A stretch of 64,000 nt of DNA from Octopus bimaculoides (GCF_001194135.2 NC_068981.1:89775659-89839658), one strand, 5' to 3'. Shown: positions 49,620 to 62,719, numbered from the stretch's first letter. The notes: generated by a model not told the origin, from the letters alone. Made by a program: numbers and translations.

Positions 49620-49760
49620 ACATAAATTTGAGTAAGGTGTTGCACTTATGATCGTAAGATTGTCGTCTCGATTCCCAGGCCAGGTTGTGCACTTTGTTCT
49701 TAAGCAAAACATTTCGTTTTACACTGTTCCAATTCACTCAGCTGTGAATTAGTCACTCAA
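49620..49760 (+). mobile_element. SINE family D-like head, decayed
   Basis: gtctcgattcccaggcc...ctaagcaaaacatt...ttcactcagctgtgaa. Confidence 0.5.
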
Positions 49761-49989
49761 TGACGGACATGTGCTCCGTTCAAGAGCAACGTGGTGACCT
49801 CTTTCACTGATAAGCCATAGAAAGCGGGTACCTGGCCCTATGAGTCCTAAGGCGCGAGACAAATATTATTCCGGGTTATATCAACAGGTAACAACTAACT
49901 ATACTTTATAACAACTAATTATTACGTTATAAACGTTATAATAAAATATTTAAAATAAAGATGATTTCATATAGGTTATCTTTTAATAG

Positions 49990-50175
49990 TCTCAGTCGTT
50001 AGACAACGGTCATACTGGAGCACTGTCTTGAAGAATTCTTAGTCGAATGAATCAACCCCAGTACTTTTTTTAAGTCTGGTACTTATTCTATCGTTCTCTT
50101 TTTACCGAACCACTAAGTTGCGTGGACGTAAACACACTAACACCAGTTGTCAAGCAGTGAAGTGGGGGACAAACA
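49990..50175 (-). mobile_element. SINE family A 3' half
   Basis: ggtacttattctatcg...accgaaccactaagtt...ccagttgtcaagc...ggggacaaaca then a gap. Confidence 0.85.
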
Positions 50176-51272
50176 NNNNNNNNNNNNNNNNNNNNNNNNN
50201 NNNNNNNNNNNNNNNNNNNNNNNNNNNNNNNNNNNNNNNNNNNNNNNNNNNNNNNNNNNNNNNNNNNNNNNNNNNNNNNNNNNNNNNNNNNNNNNNNNNN
50301 NNNNNNNNNNNNNNNNNNNNNNNNNNNNNNNNNNNNNNNNNNNNNNNNNNNNNNNNNNNNNNNNNNNNNNNNNNNNNNNNNNNNNNNNNNNNNNNNNNNN
50401 NNNNNNNNNNNNNNNNNNNNNNNNNNNNNNNNNNNNNNNNNNNNNNNNNNNNNNNNNNNNNNNNNNGGTGGACATTTTAGGAAATGTTGCCCAACATTAG
50501 CTATCCCTATTGGTTATGATTGCACCATCTTTGATCACCGAGCCTGCTCGATCGTACCAGACTTTAGGCTAAAAACCACAACCAGGACAACTACCATAAA
50601 TATTTATAAATATGGTTAATATTGATTTCCACAACGGTAGTAATTAGTAAAAAAAAATATGCTTTTATATAATTAGACTTCTGTAAATTCTCTAAAATTA
50701 TGTTTATGAATTATAACACATGCACACAGAGTAAAACATTCACAGATACACGCGTGCGTTTGTGTGTGTGTGTGCGCGCCTGCGTGTCTGCGTGTGTGTT
50801 TGTGTGTACGTGTGAAAATTCTTTCAAATTTTGGGGAGTCAATTAATCAGAACACATTCTAATCACTCTTAATTAAAATAAGCATCGTTCTTTTTTTTTT
50901 TTTCAGATGATTGTTTTCACTGCATGAACACACTAGTCACACTGATTTCTAATGCTGCTACACTTACTACTAAGGTTGTCTTCACATCATTTTTCCTTGT
51001 TCTTACTATTGTTGTTTTGTCAACGCCAATCCTTCTGATTTTAGAGGCATCACGACCGAATAGACATATTATACAGAGTATGAATTTGAGTCTTCTCTAC
51101 TTTAATCTTCTTCATCCCATCTATGAACCATTTTTACGATGCCTGCTATGATTTCCTGACAACACTAATGTTTATGTGAAAGTACATTGCCATCTCTGTT
51201 CACCATATTGTTCTCCATAAAAATATAGAACTGCTGAGATAAGTAAAATATTACCAAAATATCTTAATTAAG

Positions 51273-51447
51273 AAGGTGCATGGCTCAGTTGTAAGATTGT
51301 TAGTTTCACAATTGTGAGTTTGAGTCTCGAACTGGGTAGTGTGTTTTATTCTTGAGCAAGACACTTTTATTTCACGTTGTTCCTAGGAGGGTAACTTTCT
51401 AGGTACAATCCTAAGGTCATTCATGACCGAATGGGTCTTTTCCCCTT
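51273..51447 (+). mobile_element. SINE family D
   Basis: ggtgcatggctcagttg head, cttgagcaagacacttt core, ggtcattcatgaccgaa tail. Confidence 0.7.
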
Positions 51448-52428
51448 TTATTTCAGTCAAGGATGGTAAATCGATTTCTTTGAATTTTAGTCAGAAAATG
51501 TGTCCTGTCTATTGAGAGCAAGGAAATAATGAATGTTAAGTATGATTTTCAAAAGGATATTATTGATATAAGAAATTGAAATAGATATAATCAAGAATTG
51601 AAACCGCCTTGCTGCGAACTTAACTCCTACTCCATGCGCCTGGTTAGCAAATTATTAATTGTCGTACATTAATGGCTGGTTGTTTAGAATAACTTGTACT
51701 TCATCCTGCAAAGCAGAATTGTTTCTTCTTTACATGACTTCCTAGTAGCAGATTTCGTAGCGTAAAAACAAATGTTTGCCTGAATATGAAGAGAAGATAC
51801 TGTGAGAGGCGCCAACATTCTTTAGATGCACAAAAATAAAAGATTTATCTATCTGTGTATTCATTTAGATAGATAGCTAACCTCTCAAACAGTTTTAATT
51901 AATTTATTATGAGCTGTCATTAAGATACGTGCTTTACATTGCATCAAGTTAACGAAATGAAATAAATTTTGATTTTTAGCAAAACATACAATCAAATGAC
52001 TGGCGACAAGCATAATTACAGTAAAATTAATTCTATTTCGAATTAGGAATCTATATTTGTACAAACATAAGCGCTCTTGCTACTACAAAACTGTGTGAGG
52101 AAATTGTGGCTTTTTGGAATTAAGCAAAGTTTCAAAAATGCCTTATATAAGGATTCATTGTAGGAGAAATTTATTAAATTAATGACCCCAGAAAATCCCC
52201 AAATCTTTGCCTGAATATTTTCAATAAATTTGTGTGATTATGAGGTGAATATTTCCTTGCGTGTGTTTTTACATTGTGGATTTACATTTTATTAATATTT
52301 TTCATATTGAACATTAATATTGTTATATTTTGCAATAATCATATTTCAGCCTATATATACTCTCATCAGTTGTGACTTGTTTTTAGTTATATTTCCTTGA
52401 AATTTCCGTCACACCTTCTCTATCACAG

Positions 52429-52503
52429 GACGTTTTGGGAAAATGTACCAAAACTCAAGATTGATTCACCAAAATCATTTGAAAGTCTAAACCCACTGAG
52501 AAG
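52429..52503 (+). CDS. Candidate 75-nt symmetric exon (TFWENVPKLKIDSPKSFESLNPLR)
   Basis: Strong acceptor ccttctctatcacag|, one open frame, weak donor aag|gtagca. Confidence 0.2.
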
Positions 52504-53992
52504 GTAGCAGGAAAGTGTGGCAAAAATTCTGGGAAAATATTTCTAAAAACAGGCGTTGAGTGTGTTTATACGTTTTAATGTATCGCTTTCAAAATATAAC
52601 AATACTGATTTAAGCAGACGGTTTCAGATCAAAAGTTTGGCAAAAAGAAATATCTTTTAATTCACACATGACCACAAATTCACAGAAGAATCACACAGTT
52701 GATGGAATTAACAATTTACGACTGGAAGTTACTTAACTGACTCGCGGATGAATATGAGCGTGAAACGTAATCATACAATCGTATATGCTTACATGGAATC
52801 TTATCCTGCTCTCTAATTTTCAATCAAACCAACTATTTACCTAACGGAGATTGAATCTATTGACCTGTAGTTATCAAACTTTTTCCTACAATGTAACTCT
52901 TTTATTGAAATGGATTTTCCAAAGACGAGGACTTTAAAATTCTAAATCTTTAAAATTTCCCCCAATTTAATTTACTTAACAAATTCGTTTTCTTAGTTTT
53001 ATCTCTCGATTGAGAGATATCTATAATTGAATATAGTTTACATTGCAGCTTTAAACTTTTTTAACACAGTTGCTCTTTGTGAACCCCAGGGATACCAGCC
53101 TGGGAATTCTGCTGTAGTCCTAAATATGTAAAACCAAATGGTGGCCAGAAATACAATATTACTCATCTCGGTCCTGTTCAATGTGGACTTAACGAGAACT
53201 AAAACATTAAAAGAAACATAAACCGTATTACACACACTGAATTCTTTCCTGATATTTATACAATATTCAAACTCCATTCGTCAATATTTCCTATCACACT
53301 AACAGTAACATTACTTCGTTAAGCCATACTTTCGTATGACTAACTTAATGCTTTCCTGGCACACTTAAAAACATTCCCTCTTCCTTACTCACTTTTTCAC
53401 TTTTACTCTGTTGCTATATCTCTCATTCTTTACATTTCTCTTGCATACATTTTCGTTTACGATTCATCTGCTTATCTACCGAACTCCTCCCCACCTATTC
53501 ATCTATTTGTCTATCTTGAAATCAATATTGATCGAATTCGTACACAATTTTATGTCTGCTTATTAATTCATCTGCCGATTTGTGCATAAGAGTTTGTGCG
53601 TGTGTGCGTGTGTGTGTGTGTGTGTGTATATATATATGTGTGCGCGCGCCTGAGTATGTGTTTGTGTGTGGAGGGTATGTATTTGTGTTACTATGCATGT
53701 GATCAGCTATATGTATGTGTATGTGCGTGTGTGTGTGTATGCATGTGTGTATGTGTATGTGTGTGTGCATGCATATATGTAAGGAGAACTATATAAGTGT
53801 GCATTGGTTTAAGACATTATCTGGCTAAGTGTACACGTGATTCTATAAGATGAGTTTAAATTATCGCCATGTTTATTTCAAATATAAATGGAAAAGTGTA
53901 CGTTCACAAGAAATAACCAAAGTTAGTTTCGGTAACACGCATAAAGACATACACATGTATGTATGTATGATTTACAACATACAAACACACAG

Positions 53993-54040
<48 letters not shown>

Positions 54041-55404
54041 ACACACATATATACATTTATTTATCTATTTACGCCCATACATTCGGAAGCAAATACATAC
54101 ATACATGCATACATACATACATACATACATACATACATACATACATACATACATACATACATACAAATATACAACCTCAAACATTCACACATACACACAC
54201 TATTGAAATACTTTAATCTGAAAACCAAANNNNNNNNNNNNNNNNNNNNNNNNNNNNNNNNNNNNNNNNNNNNNNNNNNNNNNNNNNNNNNNNNNNNNNN
54301 NNNNNNNNNNNNNNNNNNNNNNNNNNNNNNNNNNNNNNNNNNNNNNNNNNNNNNNNNNNNNNNNNNNNNNNNNNNNNNNNNNNNNNNNNNNNNNNNNNNN
54401 NNNNNNNNNNNNNNNNNNNNNNNNNNNNNNNNNNNNNNNNNNNNNNNNNNNNNNNNNNNNNNNNNNNNNNNNNNNNNNNNNNNNNNNNNNNNNNNNNNNN
54501 NNNNNNNNNNNNNNNNNNNNNNNNNNNNNNNNNNNNNNNNNNNNNNNNNNNNNNNNNNNNNNNNNNGCCGATGAATTCGTAAGTGCCTTTCTTATCGTTG
54601 ATTTTTGGTGTCGCATGGCCAAAAATTACCGTGAATTTTTTTAGAGACACTTTCAAATTTATCAGAATATTTGGACTGAAGATTGGAATAGTGAAATTTT
54701 CATTCGCTTAACCATGAAACGATTCGTATCCAATTAACTAAGGACTTGTTTTGTTTACGCTTTTCCCTCCGGGTTTTTGTTCTATGTGTGCCATAAATAT
54801 CGCCATCCGTTTAGAGAAAAATTTGTAGTTTAGAATCAGTAGTTCTTTGACTGCTATTTCTAAATTTTCAGTATGTTGGAGAAGCAACTCAAAGCTAATC
54901 CCTGTATATTTATGATTATATAGATAGATAGATAGGTACATAGATATATAGATAGATAGATATATTATATTATATATTATATATGCATGCATATTTAATA
55001 TATATATGATATGTACACTCATAGATTAAAAACATTAAAACACTGAGAAGGCATTGAATTTGTCTCTGTAAATGATGAAAAGTATTTTTACAAAGAAAGT
55101 TTAGAAGATCGAAGATCTTCCTGTCCCCGGACTCGTCATTTGTATATACATACATACATGTGTGTGTACGTGCCAGCGTGTGTGTGTACATGGAGCCGGA
55201 ATTGCAAGGATAATCTGGATCTCGACTGAAGAGAGAAAACTCCGAGTGTCGTGGTTCCCAACATTTTCATAGTAGTTTTTTTTATTTAAATGAGATTTTA
55301 TTTAAATGAGTTTTCCCACATACTATTTTAAATTTGCTTATCTTTATATATATATAAGTGTTATCACTTATAATAATAATAATGATAATAATAATAATTA
55401 TTAT

Positions 55405-55599
55405 TATTATTATTATTTTATGTTTGACTTTTGTTTTGCATTTGTACAAGTTGGATCCAAGTCTCACCCAGAGACCTGAAGAGACAACAAGCTAGAAGTT
55501 CATGTAGGTGTTATGCCTAGGGTACCATATATTTGGATTTGTACAGTTTTGTTCAAGTGAATGTTTAAGAAACCATAAGAAAATTATGTGTTTGCTTTA

Positions 55600-55600
<1 letters not shown>
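55405..55600 (-). mobile_element. Short 3' end of a third TAA-tailed retroposon (probable Dong-like 3' UTR)
   Basis: Reverse complement ends ...gtgagacttggatccaacttgtacaaatgcaaaacaaaagtcaaacataaaataataat; embedded between (TAA)n/(TTA)n runs. Family assignment is inference. Confidence 0.5.
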
Positions 55601-55647
<47 letters not shown>

Positions 55648-55659
55648 CGTTATTATTAT

Positions 55660-56240
55660 TGAGTGAGAGAGCNNNNNNNNNNNNNNNNNNNNNNNNNNNN
55701 NNNNNNNNNNNNNNNNNNNNNNNNNNNNNNNNNNNNNNNNNNNNNNNNNNNNNNNNNNNNNNNNNNNNNNNNNNNNNNNNNNNNNNNNNNNNNNNNNNNN
55801 NNNNNNNNNNNNNNNNNNNNNNNAAGCCCAATATACCCATCATGACTACCTGTCTGGTAAGGGTACACCAGGCACATGCATCACAACCATATGTGCGCGA
55901 CATGGTGATTTCATATCAAGATAAACAGCGCATGATCTTGCAGGTGGGGCCCTGTTAGAAATTTCTTCAGGTCGAGTAGCCTATCCTGCTCAAAAGGTCC
56001 CATGTTTCCAAAGGTGAATTATTCAAATACCAAAGAATTCCTCTCAACACATGGCTATGATGCTCCCCCACTACTTCTGCTCATGATCAGAGATGCACAT
56101 ATCGTCAGCCACCAAGGGACATGCACAACTAGTTAAGGTCAAACAACTGACAAGCAAATCTGTGGTATTAAGCAGAATATTGGCTATAGCCCATCATTTA
56201 TACCAAGACAAAACAATGTACATGATAACACTTTCAATCA
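55660..56240 (-). mobile_element. Unnamed non-coding TAA-associated element (family F), longest copy
   Basis: Bounded by (TTA)n at 55600-55660 and 56241-56277; internal homology to 44915-45125; inverse end gctctctcactc-aataat matches 21670-21685; no tRNA head and no ORF seen. Confidence 0.75.
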
Positions 56241-56276
56241 ATTATTATTATCATTATTATTATTATTATTATTATT

Positions 56277-56336
<60 letters not shown>

Positions 56337-56399
56337 CTATAACAAACAAACATGTAAGCACACAACATATATATATATGAAATTTTGAATTTAGTTCAC

Positions 56400-56462
56400 G
56401 GTCTCCCAGTACTACCTTTGCAGACCATCAGGGTTCCGTGGATCTCAGGCTGGGAACCACTG
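56400..56462. mobile_element. hAT-type MITE terminus
   Basis: gggttccgtggatctcaggctgggaaccactg, a Charlie-like TIR motif. Confidence 0.45.
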
Positions 56463-57052
56463 TAACACTATAATATAGTGTAACACTAAATATTATGAAT
56501 CTTTTAGAATTTAATTGCACGTTGTTTTCCTCACTCCCTAATTATATTTTAGTGGGATATAATGAGATATCTTTTGCGTCCTCGAGTATCTTGGATACTT
56601 AGTAGAGCTAGTGAGAATACCATTATTCTTGTTGTTAATGTTCTTGTGGATTTGTTAATGTAGTTGACGCTACTGGTGTAACAGTATTGTATGTATTAAG
56701 AACATTTTTTGTGTATTATTACAGGGAATGTCTTGGCCTTCGAAATCATTATTTATTGTAATAAACAGCAAGAGATGGCGAAATGTAAAGATGGCTCCAA
56801 ATATGATTTAAGAAAAAACGTTTTATACACGTATAGAATACATGCCAAAATATAATGAGGAAATGAGGCTAAAGAAAGTAGCATGAAATTTGGTGGGGAA
56901 AAACCCAGGATGATAGGAAGAATTAATGAATGAAAAAAGTGTAAGGTGGATGTCAGACAGATGGACAGGCAGAAAGGCAGAGAGATAGACATGCAGGTAG
57001 AGAGATTGACAGAGAGAGAGAGGGGCAGACGGACAAGTAGACAGACAGACAA

Positions 57053-57120
57053 ACAGGTAGGTTGGTAGGTAGGTAGGTAGGTAGGTAGGTAGGTAGGTAG
57101 GTAGTTGTGTAGGTAGGTGA
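57053..57120. repeat. (GGTA)n microsatellite
   Basis: Direct reading. Confidence 0.9.
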
Positions 57121-57227
57121 GTAAAACGATAGACAGGGTAAGAGAGACTGAGAGAAAGAGGGTCAAGATAAAGCAAAACACTAAAGAATGAAGCAGAGAA
57201 TTGAAGAAAAAAGAATGAAATGACGGA

Positions 57228-57229
57228 AA

Positions 57230-57285
<56 letters not shown>

Positions 57286-57389
57286 CAGACAGAAAGAAAG
57301 AAAGAAAGTAAGAAAAGTAAGAAAGAAATAGAAAAGAAAGAAAGAAAAGAAAGAAAGAAAGAAAGAAAGAAATAAAGAAAGAGAAAAGA

Positions 57390-57452
<63 letters not shown>

Positions 57453-57505
57453 AATAGAAAAGAAAGAAATGGAAGAAAGAAATAGAAAAGAAAGAAAGAA
57501 AGAAA
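57228..57505. repeat. (GAAA)n polypurine tract
   Basis: Direct reading. Confidence 0.95.
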
Positions 57506-57779
57506 GGAATATCAGTGGGATAGTCATGATAATATTTGAAATAAAAACGTAGGTTTTGAGAAAATAGATTGGTGATTAGAAGGTTTAAGTAGAAAATAAA
57601 GCAATTTGCATCACTTGCTATTTGATTAGGTATCTGGTCCAAATTATATTGTATTCACAGGAGCGTATGTTTGTACACCCAAACACACGTACAACGGAGA
57701 TACGTACATACGCGTGCACACATATACACACACATTTATATTTTTGAAAAGGTTATATTCCTCTCACCTTTTCTTTTAC

Positions 57780-57831
57780 TTGAAATCGCGCACCTGCTCC
57801 AACTTCGTTACTTACACGCCCGCAAAACACT

Positions 57832-57866
<35 letters not shown>

Positions 57867-58320
57867 AGACACAGACATGACGATTATAAAGACGCACCAA
57901 CATCCTTCACCTCGTCTAACCCACGCCCTGAACCCTCCGTACTTGCAAACCACTACGCACTAATACATACCATAATACCATACACACACACAAAAAAAAA
58001 TACACACTCATTAAAGGTATTTATCAAAAAAGACAACGGATACACTCCTGCAAATGCACACACAATCACATTTTTCTTCCATAGAACCTCTTTCACATTT
58101 AGCCAATAACACTTCCCCCACGCCTTTTAATTTTTCCACCTTTTTTCTCACTACTTTTCCTTTTTCATACTTTTTTTACTTTTCTTTTATATTTTCTCTT
58201 AATGAAGGACTAGCGTTCCGAAACGTTCAGACATTCTTCTCAAGTCGTTAAACTAATGTAATACTTGGTAACACTTGTCACTTCTCATTTGTCTTTATTT
58301 TCTTTATGTTTTAGTTCAAA
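57780..58320 (+). mobile_element. Decayed Penelope-like 3' end (GIY-YIG remnant plus hammerhead-type terminal repeat)
   Basis: TCSNFVTY..SVLANHY..HSLKVFI resemble PLE GIY-YIG motifs, followed by taatgaaggactagcgttccgaaacgttcagac...gtcgttaaactaat. Confidence 0.55.
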
Positions 58321-59067
58321 CACTTTACGGCGTTACCCTAGCAAGACTGCACTCTAATGACAGAAGCAAGTAAAAGATAAAAGATACATCGTCATCATTG
58401 TCGTCATCGTTATCTCAGAGAGCTGTATCTCCTGTTCAACAATACCAATTTTTTCCTGTTGAAGGCAATATCAACAGGAAGGAATATGAATATCATGAAT
58501 TTACTGAAGGTGGATTTTAACTTGCCAACTAGTGACCATTACACTGTAGTTGAAGTGGAATAAGATTTCAGCGTATTGTCACTGATTCGCTCGTAGTCTG
58601 GGTGGGGTTGCCTTCTTCCACTACTTCTAACAATTTTTTGATCAACGATTTTTGTTGAATTCATCAGCTTGTACCGCAGCGAGATTTAGAGGGTGAAGTT
58701 ACTCGGTTGTGTTTAATCTAAGTTCTTTCTTCATTCTGATTGTAGTAGTTGAACCTAATAGGAGTACTCGTCTAAGGGCGGTTTCGCTCTCAGAGCCATT
58801 GAACCACCTAAGCTTCTGATGATCTTAACATACACATACTTGCATATACTCTATATGCTATTACTTAAAACTCTATCTATATCACGTTTCACTGCTAAAA
58901 TCAAGTGATATCTCTCGAAATTTCTACGATTCTTATGTAAGTGTGCATACGCGTGTGGATATCCGTATAAATAACTTTTATCACTACCACCACCACCACC
59001 ATCATCATTATCTTCATCATTATCTTCATCATCATCGTCACTATCATATATATACACACACACTCGA

Positions 59068-59118
<51 letters not shown>

Positions 59119-59225
59119 NNNNNNNNNNNNNNNNNNNNNNNNNNNNNNNNNNNNNNNNNNNNNNNNNNNNNNNNNNNNNNNNNNNNNNNNNNNNNNNNNN
59201 NNNNNNNNNNNNNNNNNNNNNNNNN

Positions 59226-59291
<66 letters not shown>

Positions 59292-59902
59292 CGCTAGCAC
59301 ACGCCATTTTGTAGATACTCTTGTTAGTAATGAAATAAGCAAAATGATCAGAAGCAACAGCTGGTGCCAAGGTGTCTAGAATATTAGATTACTGTCATTG
59401 TGTATTTCGAACAACCGTTCTGCGAAATCGCGCCTGTTCGTTCAGTCGACTACCTACGTGCCGCAGATGATGGGACACGACAGAATAGCAATCACTGGCT
59501 GAGACGTTAAAAGTTCGTATCTAGCCATCGACTGTCCTCACGCAGCAGATACTACTAGAAGTAAATATTCTCCAGTCAGTAGATGATAAACGTGATTCTG
59601 TCAGTCGTACGAATACACACAGTCATTGCTCATAACAAGGAAACATGATCTTCGACAATATGTAATTAAAAGACTTGGAGTTTCACTTTTACTTGTAATG
59701 ATTCTTCTCGACAATAACACATGCATAACCTTGCTTTAGATATACCCCTAAAAATTAGCTTTTTCCTTCTTATTTTTCGGGGAGAGAAAATATTTTACTC
59801 CCTAACGACCATGTTCACCTTTTCTTCTAAATGGTTAGTTGAAACTCCCCGCAATGGGACCCATGTATAATTGCAATGGGATGTTTGTATAATTAAATGT
59901 TT

Positions 59903-60075
59903 TCATCATCATCAATGGTTTCATACATCATCGTCGTCGTTGTCATCATCGTCGCCGTCATCATCATCATCATCATCGTCGTCGTCGTCATCTTTATCAT
60001 CGTCATCATTATCATCGTCATCATTATCATCGTCATCATTATCATCGTTGTCGTCATCGTTGTCTTCGTCCTCCT
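59903..60075. repeat. Degenerate (CAT/CGT)n trinucleotide array
   Basis: Direct reading. Confidence 0.9.
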
Positions 60076-60091
60076 CATTAAAATTTGAAGC

Positions 60092-60305
60092 CATGAGCAA
60101 GCAGAATATTTTGAGCGTTCGACAAAATGCATAACAGCATTTCTTCTGGTTCTTTACGTTCCAAGTTCAAACTCTGTCGAGGCCAGCTTTTGCTTTCATT
60201 CTTTCGGAATCGATAAAATAAAGAATCAGGGAAGTTGTGGAATTTATGTTATCGGCTTTTTACTTTCTCCTCAAAATAGCTGGCGTAGTACCAAAATTTG
60301 AAAGA
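60092..60305 (+). mobile_element. SINE family C, decayed
   Basis: tacgttccaagttcaaactctgtcgaggcc...ctttcggaatcgataaaata. Confidence 0.65.
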
Positions 60306-60329
60306 ATTTTGTCATCATCATCATCATTA

Positions 60330-60540
60330 TTGTTTAGTTCCCGATCAATATCTGACTAAGCAGTTCTATGAACCCCAGATATTAGCAACACCATCATTTC
60401 CATTCATCTCTTGGGTATTGCATATCTAGAGCTATATTATTCAATGTGCACCTCCCATTTCAAGGTAGTATTAGTGTCACTTAAGGGAGATTTTGGTTTC
60501 TATTATTAGCAGGTTAAACGACAAACATAGTTTTCTTACA
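60330..60540 (-). mobile_element. Retroposon family E, decayed
   Basis: gggagattttggtttctattattagcagg; tttagttcccgatcaa end. Confidence 0.45.
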
Positions 60541-60869
60541 AGTTTGCAATGGTATTTATAGCAATCCATTGACGTTATATACTTACAGCTGTAATTACAT
60601 TTGGATTTATTATGCCTATATGACACGTTAAACAATGATCGTAAATAATCTCCCGTTCATGATCTGAAGAACGTTGAATAAAATTTAATTTATGCTTTAA
60701 AACAACTACAATGATGTCATTTTGCGGAAAAGACGTCACGCTACTACCGCACAATGATCATTCCGGAAGTACACAAAATCGCTACTTTTGTTGCTCGCTT
60801 TGCACTCAACAACACAATATTCACAAAACTCCACAAAAATTATAATTCTTCATCAGTGTCACTGCCACA

Positions 60870-61015
60870 TACACGGGGAGGGAGAATCTAAGAGATCGCT
60901 TGAAATATCTGTCAAATCTCTCTCAAATTACACTATTGGATTATAGCACAGTGCGGATCCTGATGTACAAAAAATAATGATAAAAAGAGGATGGCTACGG
61001 CTGGAACACCGTCCG
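60870..61015 (+). mobile_element. Retroposon family E, decayed
   Basis: tgtcaaatctctctcaaattacact...ggatggctacggctggaac. Confidence 0.5.
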
Positions 61016-61208
61016 CGCAACCAGAGACTGGCAATGAGCCCAATAGCAACAGCAATGCCATACATGCGAAGTACAGAAACACCTCTTAACTGTTGAAATT
61101 AATACGGACATCATTTCTGATAATGCAATACCATTAGTCTCAATGTACTTCCATTAGTCTCAAACAGTGAACTATCATTGCCAAATATTTCAGTTTTTCT
61201 CTTCTTAG

Positions 61209-61319
61209 AGATTTATTCTCAAACATTTTTAAAAAGTCTAACAGTATGTCCCATCTCCGACGACTTCTGTGACTGTGCCAAGCTACCGACATTTTTCTTC
61301 GACTTCCAACGTCTCAAAG
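61209..61319 (+). CDS. Candidate symmetric (phase 1-1) 111-nt exon, IYSQTFLKSLTVCPISDDFCDCAKLPTFFFDFQRLK
   Basis: Strong acceptor tttttctcttcttag|, donor aag|gtaatg, one open frame. Confidence 0.3.
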
Positions 61320-61949
61320 GTAATGGCAACTTGTCAGCAATTATGTTAAACACACTGAGTTTATCTTCAACCAGATAGAGATTTAAAGTTGGAAAAATGT
61401 CACTGCTGTATTTTTTTTTTTTTTTTTTGAGACTTCAAGGTACAGGTTCCCACTATTTTCACCACCAAGTTCCTGTTTCTATAAATTAATTTATCTCCAG
61501 ACCCCAAGCTCCTGAAAGGTTCATCTACTAAAAAAAAAAAACGTTATTTTGTCTCACGGACCCACGGTATTTTCTATGCAGATTGTAATGGTTACTGTAG
61601 GGTGCAGTTTCATAGAGAATTGGTTGTGTTTTCACGTAGCTTATTCGATTGGTTACAGGTTTCTCCGTTGGTCTGTGCAGAATATGTATCAGGTTTATCT
61701 TGCGACTCTGTTAAAGTCAACACTGAAGATAGAAAGGTGTAGCCGGCCCTCATCTTTCGAGGAATTTGTCTAGTACAATTTACACGTCTAGCGATAACGA
61801 AAAGTTCGTTTCAAAATAAAAGTGAAGATTAACTAAATAGATACATTACTTTATTATGGCATGAGAGAAACAATATCGTCTTTTAACTTTGAAGCGAGAC
61901 CTACACAAGTGATTTATAAGAAGAGATGTCGTAATTTAAATTGTTAGAA

Positions 61950-62135
61950 TCTTTAGAATGCGACAGATGTTCTGGCTCGTCATGTTATGAGTTCAAATCG
62001 TGCTGAATTCAGTGTTGTCTTTCATTTCTCCGAGGTCAATAAAAGAAAATATTTATCAAATACTGGTGTCAATATAATAGCCCGTTCCCCTTCCCCTATA
62101 TTTATGGCCCTGTGTCTATGTCATAAATTATTGTT
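61950..62135 (+). mobile_element. SINE family C, decayed
   Basis: gttatgagttcaaatcgtgctga...ccgaggtcaataaaag...ggccctgtgtctat. Confidence 0.55.
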
Positions 62136-62719
62136 ATTACCTACGATGATAATAAGGAGAAGATGACGGTGATGCGTCTGTTCCATTTATTTGATGTTTT
62201 GTTTATCGTTTGCTATTATTTTTTACCTTTTTTTTTAGCTATCTTCGCCTTTTTTACCAATTTACAGAGATGAGTTAAAATGCACGTTTTAGTACTTTGA
62301 AGTATATAATTATATCTAACCAATAACTGAAATTTATGTTCTACAGAAGGTAGTCAAAATCATCAATGAAAGAAGTGTAACGTCTATTACCTTGTTAAAT
62401 CATCCTGTTTGCTCGGTATCTTTGATTTGGTTAATTTTATCTAAAAAAAAAATAAAAAAAGAATATATATATGAAAATTATCATACACATTATAGAGGTA
62501 GATACATATATATTCACACACTTACATACACACACATGTGTATGTGTGTATGTATGTATGTATGTATGTATGTATTACTATTTGTACACAAAACAACATA
62601 CAATATATGTCACATATAATCTATTCGATTTAGTGAAACATTACCCTTACACTTACAATATCAATATATGTATATACATATACACACAAACACACACACA
62701 CACACACACACATACATAT

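Noticed and set aside
55215-55250. ctgaaga-gag(aaaa)ctc as a further hammerhead
   Set aside because: The required GAAA core after stem II is missing.
56753-57642. 142-234-aa Phe/Leu/Ser-rich ORFs
   Set aside because: Translation of (GAAA)n and (GGTA)n tracts.
59871-60134. Poly-Ser/His/Asp ORFs as low-complexity protein
   Set aside because: Degenerate CAT/CGT microsatellite running into a SINE, with no splice or domain support.
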